From positions 84,381 to 148,380 of IMG/VR virus record IMGVR_UViG_3300020577_013140: a DNA stretch of 64,000 nt. One strand, 5' to 3'. The notes under the pieces are model-generated. The model did no database searches. It was not told the origin of the DNA and saw only the letters and a list, made by a program, of their open reading frames with translations. The position numbers and the translations under genes are program-made. Below, piece by piece: positions 52,131-60,368 of the stretch. Each line of letters begins with the position of its first letter. Within the stretch, counting starts at the first letter, position 1. Source of the stretch: a virus (lineage: Duplodnaviria > Heunggongvirae > Uroviricota > Caudoviricetes).

Positions 52131-52281
52131 TGGTGTGCGAGGCGGGACTTGAACCCGCATAGCCCTCACGAACAGGTTGGTGCCTGCTTGAGTCGGTATG
52201 GGCATCCCCGGATACCACTCCGGAGCGTATCTCACCTACAATCCCTTTGGTTATTTGTTCCCTCGGGGTGACGGCTCGCAC
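52131..52281 (-). ncRNA. 151-nt tRNA-like RNA with canonical acceptor, T arm and CCA but an atypical enlarged core
   Basis: GUGCGAG/CUCGCAC-ACCA acceptor, GCGGG-UUCAAGU-CCCGC T arm and a long variable-arm-like hairpin; no recognisable D or anticodon arm. Confidence 0.5.
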
Positions 52282-52286
52282 AAAGT

Positions 52287-52552
52287 CCGTGGATGAAAAG
52301 ATGCAACGAGGTATTGGGTGTAATGACCGGACTCTCGCCCTGCCTCCCTCAACCTGCACTGTCGCAGCAGGTGTGCGGAGAACCTATGGTGGATTCTCAT
52401 TGCCGTACTTACAGAGAAGACAACCGAGGTTGCCTGTCCTGGACGCAATAGGTTAGTTTTGCGAACAGCCAAAGGAGCCTGCCCGTACCGTCCCGCCCCC
52501 TCTTTGTGGTATGCTTTTAATTAGATGAACTCGTTTGCGTTACGTTCCACGG
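52287..52552 (-). ncRNA. long Y-RNA-like unit 10 (266 nt) with a ~210-nt inserted domain
   Basis: CCGUGGA/UCCACGG terminal stem, ACGUAAC, GCAAACGAG/CUCGUUGC second stem, GUUCAUC and CUUUUC-A motifs. Confidence 0.7.
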
Positions 52553-52628
52553 CAGCCTGACAGGTAAAAAAATTCACCCACCGGGCCGTTGTTGCGTAGG
52601 CACCTATTGCTAAGTGCGTTCGCAAGTT

Positions 52629-52637
52629 ATTATACCA
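52629..52637 (-). promoter_or_regulatory. extended -10 promoter (TGGTATAAT) upstream of the RNA array
   Basis: perfect TGnTATAAT on the minus strand, intergenic, ~75 nt upstream of unit 10. Confidence 0.55.
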
Positions 52638-52671
52638 GGGTAAGGCCCTCCCCTACAAGGGGGGGTGGGGG

Positions 52672-53190
52672 TTAATCCCCAGATACAGAAACCCCCAGGA
52701 TCTCCACCATGAAGTTCCTTACCGGCTGGCTAAGGAATGTACCACCCATAACCGGATCCCGTACTATCACTCCTCCAGTCGCCTGCTCCCCCCTTGGAGG
52801 GGCGTAACCGGACTGGTGATATGTGGTCACCCAGACCATGCCTACCAGATAGGTGGAGAGACAAAAGGCCGTCTTTAGATGCAAGTCAGTTATAAACCCC
52901 TCTCCCTGACAATAGGCCTCCCGTAGAGGACACTTCAACCATTTTGCTGGGTCCACCAAGGCAGCCAGGTTTAGGGTGCCTTTACCGCCCAACGATACAC
53001 AGTGGAAGTACGGTTCGGTGTAGCGCAAGCTCAGCCTTTCGGCCAGGATAGGATATCGAAATACCGGGAGTTCCTCCCTGGTATCCCGACTGAACAATGG
53101 CTCCTTCACGAACTCCGCTTTCGGTATTTTCGTGAAGGAGGCCAGCTTCTGCAGCAGGGCATGCTCGGCAGCTTTACCTTGAATAGTCAT
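52672..53190 (-). CDS. hypothetical protein
   Basis: 172-aa tiling ORF. Confidence 0.7.
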   Translation of the reverse strand: MTIQGKAAEHALLQKLASFTKIPKAEFVKEPLFSRDTREELPVFRYPILAERLSLRYTEPYFHCVSLGGKGTLNLAALVDPAKWLKCPLREAYCQGEGFITDLHLKTAFCLSTYLVGMVWVTTYHQSGYAPPRGEQATGGVIVRDPVMGGTFLSQPVRNFMVEILGVSVSGD

Positions 53191-53609
53191 AGGCTGATCC
53201 TCCTAGGGGCTTCATCGTAGAAGTCTACAGTGTTTGTTGGAGTACTGGGGCTCGTAGCTCGAGGTCGCGCCGCTCGAGGTCGCACAGCACGCCTTCGTAA
53301 AGGTGCAGGAGGCGTGTCATTGATAGCTTCACCATCTTCGTCAAGGTCAGGTGTGTATTGATTGCGTACAGGTATTTCAACGTACCCTTTTGACACCTTC
53401 TCGCGGCGCGTCTTTTCGTACTCAGCCAATGCACGCTGGTATGTAACACCATCACATTTGGTCACATCCGTCAGCGTGCTGCCGATGCGGCCGTATTGTC
53501 CTCTTACCCTGTACGTGCCGGTCAATTCATTGCTCTCAAGCTCAAGGAGATACTCTTTGCTGTGCCCCCGTGTGGTGCATTCCAACCGTGTACGTTGCAA
53601 TACTGGCAT
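53187..53609 (-). CDS. WGR-domain protein
   Basis: Y.LEL...YRVRGQYGRIG...A...YEK..REKVSKGY. Confidence 0.8.
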   Translation of the reverse strand: MPVLQRTRLECTTRGHSKEYLLELESNELTGTYRVRGQYGRIGSTLTDVTKCDGVTYQRALAEYEKTRREKVSKGYVEIPVRNQYTPDLDEDGEAINDTPPAPLRRRAVRPRAARPRATSPSTPTNTVDFYDEAPRRISL

Positions 53610-53610
53610 A

Positions 53611-54231
53611 TCATAGTCCTTTTCGTTTTGCCCATTCCGCCATCAGCAAGCTATCGGCATCTTTTTTGAACTTCACCAAAGGAAACAACTTCTTGCCTAC
53701 GTCGTAACTGGCTTTCTTTAATTCATCGCGACCAATAATCCCCTTAGGCAGCATCACTGATTGCCACTCCTTGGAATCGACAAACTGGTAATCCAGCCCC
53801 AATAAGTCAGTCACAACCAGTGTCGCTTCCAGTGCCCGAGCTGCGAGCATGGAGGCGTTAAATCCGGCAGGATTACAATAAGGCCGTTCAAGCAGCACAA
53901 TGGCTGTGGCTCCCGCCTGAGTAGGAGAATACACACGATCGTAAAGAATATCGAACAATGCCTCAGCGTCGACACGGTTCAGATGCTTCTCCGTCTTCTG
54001 GTAGTTTCGACAGTGTTTTGTCGGAGTGGCCGCCCAAAAGGGAGGCACACCTGGAGACAAGATCGCAATACTGCCAGATGAGCCGTTGTCTATTCCGCAG
54101 TAAATACGCCTTACCGTAGGCGCAGACGTATCTGCACCTACAGCAGGAGGTTTTTCACCCAGCGGAGACAGGGGGCGTTTTGGCGTTGGCCGGCCCGCTG
54201 TTTTTGGTACTACCGATGATTTCTGCGGCAT
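53611..54231 (-). CDS. ruvC: RuvC-like Holliday junction resolvase
   Basis: YCGIDNGSSGSIA, VLLERP, V..KEWQ, DADSLLMAEW catalytic acidic residues. Confidence 0.8.
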   Translation of the reverse strand: MPQKSSVVPKTAGRPTPKRPLSPLGEKPPAVGADTSAPTVRRIYCGIDNGSSGSIAILSPGVPPFWAATPTKHCRNYQKTEKHLNRVDAEALFDILYDRVYSPTQAGATAIVLLERPYCNPAGFNASMLAARALEATLVVTDLLGLDYQFVDSKEWQSVMLPKGIIGRDELKKASYDVGKKLFPLVKFKKDADSLLMAEWAKRKGL

Positions 54232-54487
54232 CAGCTGGGAACGTTTGAAAGACCAGGTTCGCCTGGTGCTCGAACGGGATCTCTCCGAAGTTACGAACTT
54301 CCTTCTGTGGGAGAGGCGTTACCAACACCGGCTGGTCTTTGGTTGCAGGAGGGACGATTACCTCCCGGATGCGGTTAACCACAGCCGCACGAGACGGGGT
54401 CTTGCTGGCCTTTTTTGTCGCAGCGACTTTCCCCTTTACGACAGCCTTGGTTTTCTTGGCTACTGGACGTTTGGCTTTCTTTTTCAT
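54155..54487 (-). CDS. small protein with a Lys/Ala-rich histone-like N-terminus
   Basis: MKKKAKRPVAKKTKAVVKGKVAATKKASK. Confidence 0.6.
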   Translation of the reverse strand: MKKKAKRPVAKKTKAVVKGKVAATKKASKTPSRAAVVNRIREVIVPPATKDQPVLVTPLPQKEVRNFGEIPFEHQANLVFQTFPADAAEIIGSTKNSGPANAKTPPVSAG

Positions 54488-54717
54488 ACCTCGGCAGACT
54501 TCGCAAGAACCCGGCGCAGAGAAGCGATCTGTCGACCATTAAGTGCGATCTCTGTGGGGCTGCCTTTCTTACCAGTAGGCAGGCGGAGGATCAATTTCTG
54601 TTTACGATGATGTCGCGCATCCGGCAGGATATGTACGAAATACCCACCATCATTTCGAAGCGCGACCGTTGTTTGATAAGCGCCTTGCGGGCGAACTGTT
54701 ACACAGGATTTTTTCAT
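54484..54717 (-). CDS. small hypothetical protein
   Basis: ATGA overlap; tiling. Confidence 0.65.
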   Translation of the reverse strand: MKKSCVTVRPQGAYQTTVALRNDGGYFVHILPDARHHRKQKLILRLPTGKKGSPTEIALNGRQIASLRRVLAKSAEV

Positions 54718-54731
54718 GTTTGAGAATTTGT

Positions 54732-55937
54732 TCAGACCAACGCCACTTGTTTGGCAGTTGGCTCAGGTTCCTCCGTTTTGGAGGCCTTACGTTTCTTCTT
54801 CCTAGTCGCCTCAATTTCAGCGACTTCTTTCTCCGCCGGCAGGTCAGGTATCCCAAAAGCCTTCCGGATTATTTCCTTGGCCTGGGCACTGTTCCTGATG
54901 ACGACAGCCAGCTCAGATTCCCGATACGACTTGTCGCAATCGATAACTGCCGGCTTCTTGGTGGCTGGATCGACGTAGTTCGTGTTAGGAGTCTGCCAGG
55001 TGTAATAGGCACCAGCACGACGAACAACGGATGGGTAATCCTTTGACAACTTGCGAACCAGCGGTGACCACCAATCCATTCCACCATCAATGTAAAGGTC
55101 GACTTCGACCTCTTGATTCTTGCCTTCGCGTCCAAGCTTGTTTCGCTTGCATTGGATACGATGCACAGAACCGATCTTTCGAACGGCTCCATCTTCCCCG
55201 GATGACGCTGCAGTCAGTTCCGCAGTACGGCTCATCTTCAGATGCAGGCTGGAGTGAAAGAACTGTGCTTCCCCGCCGATCAACGCGTCTTGAGCGTCTT
55301 CACCGTAGCCCATGGCGCCGATCTTGGACTTCAGCTGATTCATCATGAGGAATACCGCCTTTTCATTCGCCAACGGCTTTTCCATCTCTCGGAAGAAACG
55401 ACCGAGCAGTCGTGCGTGAATACCAGGCTGCATGTCAGACACAGTATGAGACTGGTCCAACTCGTATTCCACTGTTGCACCAGCAATTGAGTCGAATGCG
55501 ATCAGCACAGGCGTATCGCCCTCAGGATAAGCTTTGGGCAGGTTGCGGATAATCGTCTCCGCGATAGACAGACCCTGTTCGAGGCTGTCGGGATGCAGCA
55601 CCGCCACTCTGGAGAGATCAACGCCTTGCTTCTTGGCGTAGTCCAGGTCAATGGCGTGCTCGGTTTCAATCCAGATTACGTCACCACCTACTCGTTGATA
55701 AAGCTTGGCGAGGTCGTAAAACAAGGATGTCTTTGAGCTACCCTTCTTGCCATAGACAAGAATAAAGCGCCCATAGGCCAGGAAGCGTCGATCAAGCAAA
55801 TATTCCAGCAACGGATTATCCACGATCAACCCAGTAGGAGGAGGTTCCTCACTGGCTGTACGGAACTCGATGTCCGATTCAGGATTCTTCTTTAAGAATT
55901 GCTTCCGGCTTAGTTCTAGTAAGTCTTTGAATGCCAT
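54732..55937 (-). CDS. recA: RecA/UvsX-like recombinase
   Basis: Walker A GKKGSSKT, IETEHAID...GVD, Walker B IAFDSIAG, NQLKSKIG, GGEA..F. Confidence 0.88.
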   Translation of the reverse strand: MAFKDLLELSRKQFLKKNPESDIEFRTASEEPPPTGLIVDNPLLEYLLDRRFLAYGRFILVYGKKGSSKTSLFYDLAKLYQRVGGDVIWIETEHAIDLDYAKKQGVDLSRVAVLHPDSLEQGLSIAETIIRNLPKAYPEGDTPVLIAFDSIAGATVEYELDQSHTVSDMQPGIHARLLGRFFREMEKPLANEKAVFLMMNQLKSKIGAMGYGEDAQDALIGGEAQFFHSSLHLKMSRTAELTAASSGEDGAVRKIGSVHRIQCKRNKLGREGKNQEVEVDLYIDGGMDWWSPLVRKLSKDYPSVVRRAGAYYTWQTPNTNYVDPATKKPAVIDCDKSYRESELAVVIRNSAQAKEIIRKAFGIPDLPAEKEVAEIEATRKKKRKASKTEEPEPTAKQVALV

Positions 55938-55990
55938 ATTTGAAAGTCAGGGAGGGTCCCCACACTCGTGAGGACCCATTTGTGCAACCG

Positions 55991-57076
55991 TTAGACTGGG
56001 CGACCAGCTTGCAGGAACTCACGTGCCTGGTCAAGCGTGAATGGAGGCGGGCCTCCAACTGGGGCGCTCATCGGGTTGCTGGCGCTAGCTGCCTGAACCT
56101 GCGGTAGCGGGCGATCGGCCTGCACTGGCGCCGTAGGCACCATGGCGCGAGGAATCGGGGCCGCCGTAGGCATCGGCATCGGCGCCGGCCCTGGCCGGCT
56201 TACTGGGATATTTCCATTTGCCGTAGGAATGCTGGCCGATGGAATACCTGAAGGAGCAGGAACCGGCAGAGTCGCACCTGAGACACTGGCTGCGCTGCCC
56301 CCAATGACTGTTCCGTTGGGCATCTGGTAACCCTGCATGCACCGGTTGAAGATCTCGGCAGGAACAAAGCTGTGGAGCTTCTCCACGAGATACTCGATTT
56401 CCGGGTAATGAACTACCTCGTCCAGGTTATAGAGGTAGTTTGCATCAGCCAACTCAGGAGGCAGCGGGTAGGTCCTGGAGGCCTCAGGTGTCACCACCCA
56501 AGGTTGTCCCACAGCGTCCTTCTTCAATTGAATGAACACCGGAATTGCGGCATTTGGGTCATTCAATAGTGGAGCTTCCGAACCGTCAGGCATACGGCGA
56601 CGGTGCCATGCCTCGATATGCTCACCACCACCAAACTGAGGCAGGGTGAGGACATGCGCACCAAGGCTGAGGTCACGCATGTAGGCCACATTAAACAGCA
56701 CCTTGTTGGCCGGACGACCAAATGGCGGGTAACGTTTCACCTGGCGGCCATTCTGACTGACTTGCTCAACGCGAGCGTAATCCGGGTAGAACTGCTTAAC
56801 CCGGCCGGCGAAATACGCCACGGGGCAATTGCGCGGGATTGAGAACGTCTCCTTCACATCGATACCGAAGTTGTCGCGAACGGCGAGAACCTTCCACGAC
56901 ACACCGCGCCCCATGGCGTCAGCCTTGTATGGAGGGAGGATGAAGAAGAAGTTGCCTTCCTTATTTCGGTCATCTCGAAAATTGATGACGCGGATGCCGT
57001 CTTTGAGGGTTCGCCCGAAGACGTTAGTACTGAGGTCGCTCCCATCAAAGGAACGAGAAGGTGTAATTACAGCCAT
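55991..57076 (-). CDS. probable single-stranded DNA-binding / recombination mediator protein (gp32-like)
   Basis: directly upstream of RecA; F.ILPP...CPV...VLFNV pattern with a Pro/Ala-rich tail. Confidence 0.5.
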   Translation of the reverse strand: MAVITPSRSFDGSDLSTNVFGRTLKDGIRVINFRDDRNKEGNFFFILPPYKADAMGRGVSWKVLAVRDNFGIDVKETFSIPRNCPVAYFAGRVKQFYPDYARVEQVSQNGRQVKRYPPFGRPANKVLFNVAYMRDLSLGAHVLTLPQFGGGEHIEAWHRRRMPDGSEAPLLNDPNAAIPVFIQLKKDAVGQPWVVTPEASRTYPLPPELADANYLYNLDEVVHYPEIEYLVEKLHSFVPAEIFNRCMQGYQMPNGTVIGGSAASVSGATLPVPAPSGIPSASIPTANGNIPVSRPGPAPMPMPTAAPIPRAMVPTAPVQADRPLPQVQAASASNPMSAPVGGPPPFTLDQAREFLQAGRPV

Positions 57077-57181
57077 ATTATTTGTTTTGTTGGTTCACTT
57101 ATCGAACAATCTACTTTTATCTAGCCCTCCGGTGAGGGAGGGAAAGCTTAAGAATCTTTACTGGCCTCGTCAACACCTGAA

Positions 57182-57799
57182 TTACACGTACAACAGAATC
57201 TGGTCGGTCACGTCTTCCCCACGTAGGTGGTTGAGAAAACATTGAGCCATCATACTGGCCACGACCACCGGCGTAATGTGTGATACTTTCTTTGCCTTAT
57301 CGACAGCGAGCAAACAACCACGGCGCTCTTTCGAATCACTGAGGCTGGCTCGCAGGGACTTCTCCCCTACACGAGAGTTGAACAACCCGATATTCCGGCT
57401 GCTACAGCGGCCATCAATCCAATAGAGTGATGGGTTGTTGAAGCCATATTCGTAGAGGTCCTTACGGAATGTCATGCTGTCGACGCAGGAAAACACTACG
57501 TCGTAATTCTTGAAGTCGGCTGGAGTCATGAAACGTAACTCCGGGGTAATCACCCTTGCAGTACGTTCCGAGATAATCTCAGCCTTAGGACGACCGATGT
57601 CGTCCTCGGTAAAATTCTGGTGCAGCAAGTTTGTATGGTCGACGGTGTCATCATCGAACACAGTCCAACGCCAATCAGCGAATGGAAATTGTGCCCGGTT
57701 GACACCGAGGTCATATAGAAAACCTGCCAGATATCCACCGATGCCACCGGCACCGGCAATTGCTACGTTTCGGATGCGACTTGCGACTTGTTCAGACAT
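57182..57799 (-). CDS. ThiF/E1-like adenylating enzyme
   Basis: VAIAGAGGIGGYL, FDDDTVDHTNLLHQNF, IGRPKA, VFSCVDSMTFRK, WIDGR, candidate catalytic Cys in RRGCL; start trimmed to ATG at 57799. Confidence 0.9.
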   Translation of the reverse strand: MSEQVASRIRNVAIAGAGGIGGYLAGFLYDLGVNRAQFPFADWRWTVFDDDTVDHTNLLHQNFTEDDIGRPKAEIISERTARVITPELRFMTPADFKNYDVVFSCVDSMTFRKDLYEYGFNNPSLYWIDGRCSSRNIGLFNSRVGEKSLRASLSDSKERRGCLLAVDKAKKVSHITPVVVASMMAQCFLNHLRGEDVTDQILLYV

Positions 57800-57812
57800 A
57801 CACGATAGAGGA

Positions 57813-58298
57813 TTAAACTTGGAATGAAGTAGAAAAAGGAATAGATAGATTAGAAAGATCCACACTCTGAAAAAACCAGGAGGTTTCCGTGCCGTCGTTG
57901 CCGTCGAACGCAAACCAGTTTAGTTCTTTAAGCGAAGGGGACCATATGAAATTATTAGGCTGTCCATTGAACAGCCTCGTAAGGTCCGTACCACTCGGCA
58001 GCGCCCGGCATCCCGTAGGATGCGTATGGAAGCTGCCGAAGTTGATGAACCCGCGGGAGTAAGACCCGATGACTCTGTCACCATACTGCTGCTGATCGGG
58101 CTCGTAGAGGGCGACCCCAACAGGAGTACCCGTGTGCTGGTTTACGAGGTGGTGGAATTCATACTTCTCTCCATTTTGAACAATGAAGCCTCCTTCCTCC
58201 TCATTCTCACCAGGGCACTGAGCGATGGCTTGCTGGATGGCTTCACGCAATGACCCATCCAGCTGCACCACAGGCATTTTCAAAAGGCGATAACGCAT
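57813..58298 (-). CDS. JAB/MPN+ (JAMM) metalloprotease
   Basis: EEEGGFI plus GSFHTHPTGCRALPSGTD (E...HxH-x7-S-x2-D); start trimmed to ATG at 58298. Confidence 0.88.
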   Translation of the reverse strand: MRYRLLKMPVVQLDGSLREAIQQAIAQCPGENEEEGGFIVQNGEKYEFHHLVNQHTGTPVGVALYEPDQQQYGDRVIGSYSRGFINFGSFHTHPTGCRALPSGTDLTRLFNGQPNNFIWSPSLKELNWFAFDGNDGTETSWFFQSVDLSNLSIPFSTSFQV

Positions 58299-58299
58299 A

Positions 58300-60291
58300 T
58301 CAAGCCTTGGCTGCTTTTGCGTCGCGGATGGGATCACGAAGCGTTGTGATCCGGTCGACCACCAGTGTGTCGTTCTTCAACGCCATCAGCCGGGTGACCA
58401 AGGCGTCGTAACCGACACCCATTTCAGCCCGGCCATCAACGATGCAAACGTATTGGCTGGTGCCCGTCTTCCACACCTTGAAGGACTCCTTCTCAACCGT
58501 GTAGGAAGCACCACTTGCCCCAACGACCTCATAAGCGTCCAAACCTTGATGCTTGGTCTCTTTCGCTCCGACTTCCTTGACAACCGTAGCAAGCAACTGT
58601 GCAGACTTCTTCTCGGCCTCAGAGCGTGCCTCCAACAGCCAGTCCACCAACGGGGCCAACTCTTCCAAGGTCACAAGCGGCACATCCTTGTCATCCACGG
58701 CGTGCAGTCGAATAATCCGCTTGAGGTGGTACTTGCACCATTCCGTATTCCGACGTTGAAGTCCGGACTCGTCATTTACCCAGGAGTTGTTTGTCTTCCC
58801 GTTGAGCTTTGCCAACTCATCGAGGAACCCGACGAAACGGCGCAACGGAACCTTGGTCGTCTTTTCCTTGTTGAGCCACAGGTAGTAATGCCCCTTTTCG
58901 CAAATGAAGAAGATCTTGGGGTGCTTGGCTGTGACCGGGCGGTTATAGTCCGCGTAGCGGTCAAACGTAAAGATCTTCAGCGGAACGCCGTTTGACAGGG
59001 CGTCGTGTACACGCAGCGAGGCCTTCTCGATTTGACGGACAAATCGATTGTAGTCCTCGGCATTAGTGAAGCAGGTGGCCCGGCGAAGAACGCGATGCAG
59101 CTCATCGTTATTGATGTAATGCCCGTTTACTTTTCGCCGAGTGTTCGTCGTGCTCAGTGACAGGACAATGGGAATATCGTTGATACGGAAAGCCCATTGC
59201 TTGGCTTCATTAAATCCTTTGGAAGTCGCAGACAGCGGAACTTGACTTGACTCATGGACGATGGAAGCGATAAAGGCATCCGCCAGCTGGTAGATGTCGA
59301 ACACTCCATTAGGATCCAGTTTCGTCATGATGACGTCCGTCAGCCCCTCAGCCTCGATGCTGATGGTCTCGTAAGTCGCCCGGTTGGCGCTCAGTTTGAT
59401 GTTGTTAAGGACGATCTCCTTAATCTCACCTCGCTGGAACTTGGTGACGATGACGTTTTGTGCGTTCGTCTCAAAGTCTGCGCGGATGGCAGCCTTCAAC
59501 TTGGCATATCGCTGTGCGTGGGCCTCCGGAAGTGCACGTTCAGCCAGCATGAGAATCCTCTGTAGCTCGCCGGAATTTGCAGCATTCAGAAATACTCCGT
59601 CACGCAGCAACAGCTTGACTTGCTCCGGAATCACCGCGAACAACGCTGCCAACGAATACACGTTAAGGCTAAGCTGGTTCGAGATAAAGATGGCGGGAAC
59701 TTCACCCGTCTTGGAGCAAAAGAACACGACGTGTCCTTTATCCATGTAGTTGTAGAGTGGACTGTCTGTGCTCACAGCGAAATACGAGGGGCTGGTATGC
59801 CCAGCATCACGGACAAAGCCGTCACCTGTCGTCGTCAGTGCATCGCCACTCAATGTACGATATGACTTCCCTTGACCCTGGGATTCAACAGGCGTACCCG
59901 TAATAAACATCGGTACAACTACCCCAAACCCGTGACTCGAGAACCCACGAACGGTCTCGAAGAAATACTTAACCGGGCTTTGAAGGAGAGAGCTGTGACC
60001 GCGTGTAACTTGAGCAAAAGTCTTCTGCTTTTCAAGCGTCGTGAAAAATGATGAGTTCTGCCCAGCCGGTGTGAGTGTTCGATCCGACACATACCACTGG
60101 CTAGTTTCGCAAATCATTGCGAGTGCCGGAACGTTGTCCACGTTGCTAAACTTAGGGAGAAAATGCCACTCATTGGAGGCACCAACCCAGAAGCTTTCAG
60201 GTTCAATCGCCACCGTGATACCGGGGAGCTGTCGTTGGATTTCAGCGAATTGGCGAACTGCGTGCGAAATTGTCTTTAGAGGAATAGCCAT
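58300..60291 (-). CDS. 663-aa protein of unknown function inside the Ubl operon
   Basis: long ORF tightly coupled to the JAB gene (TGATATG); no family recognised. Confidence 0.85.
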   Translation of the reverse strand: MAIPLKTISHAVRQFAEIQRQLPGITVAIEPESFWVGASNEWHFLPKFSNVDNVPALAMICETSQWYVSDRTLTPAGQNSSFFTTLEKQKTFAQVTRGHSSLLQSPVKYFFETVRGFSSHGFGVVVPMFITGTPVESQGQGKSYRTLSGDALTTTGDGFVRDAGHTSPSYFAVSTDSPLYNYMDKGHVVFFCSKTGEVPAIFISNQLSLNVYSLAALFAVIPEQVKLLLRDGVFLNAANSGELQRILMLAERALPEAHAQRYAKLKAAIRADFETNAQNVIVTKFQRGEIKEIVLNNIKLSANRATYETISIEAEGLTDVIMTKLDPNGVFDIYQLADAFIASIVHESSQVPLSATSKGFNEAKQWAFRINDIPIVLSLSTTNTRRKVNGHYINNDELHRVLRRATCFTNAEDYNRFVRQIEKASLRVHDALSNGVPLKIFTFDRYADYNRPVTAKHPKIFFICEKGHYYLWLNKEKTTKVPLRRFVGFLDELAKLNGKTNNSWVNDESGLQRRNTEWCKYHLKRIIRLHAVDDKDVPLVTLEELAPLVDWLLEARSEAEKKSAQLLATVVKEVGAKETKHQGLDAYEVVGASGASYTVEKESFKVWKTGTSQYVCIVDGRAEMGVGYDALVTRLMALKNDTLVVDRITTLRDPIRDAKAAKA

Positions 60292-60368
60292 AGATGAAGT
60301 GAAGACACAATAGGGTTCGAAGGGAGGAGATGTTACTCTCCTCCCTCGTTAATACGAAACAGGAACAA

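Noticed and set aside
52131-52281. tmRNA
   Set aside because: It has G3-C70 instead of the G3-U70 alanine determinant, is only 151 nt long, and has no tag reading frame.
50145-52552. CRISPR or simple tandem repeat interpretation of the RNA array
   Set aside because: The units share structure and short motifs rather than identical repeats, and unit length varies from 52 to 266 nt.
57182-57799. Ordinary thiamine or molybdopterin biosynthesis ThiF/MoeB
   Set aside because: It lacks the Zn-binding CxxC motifs, no thiG/thiH/moaE gene is nearby, and the partner is a tandem GG-repeat precursor with a JAB protease. Sulfur transfer is not fully excluded but is less parsimonious.
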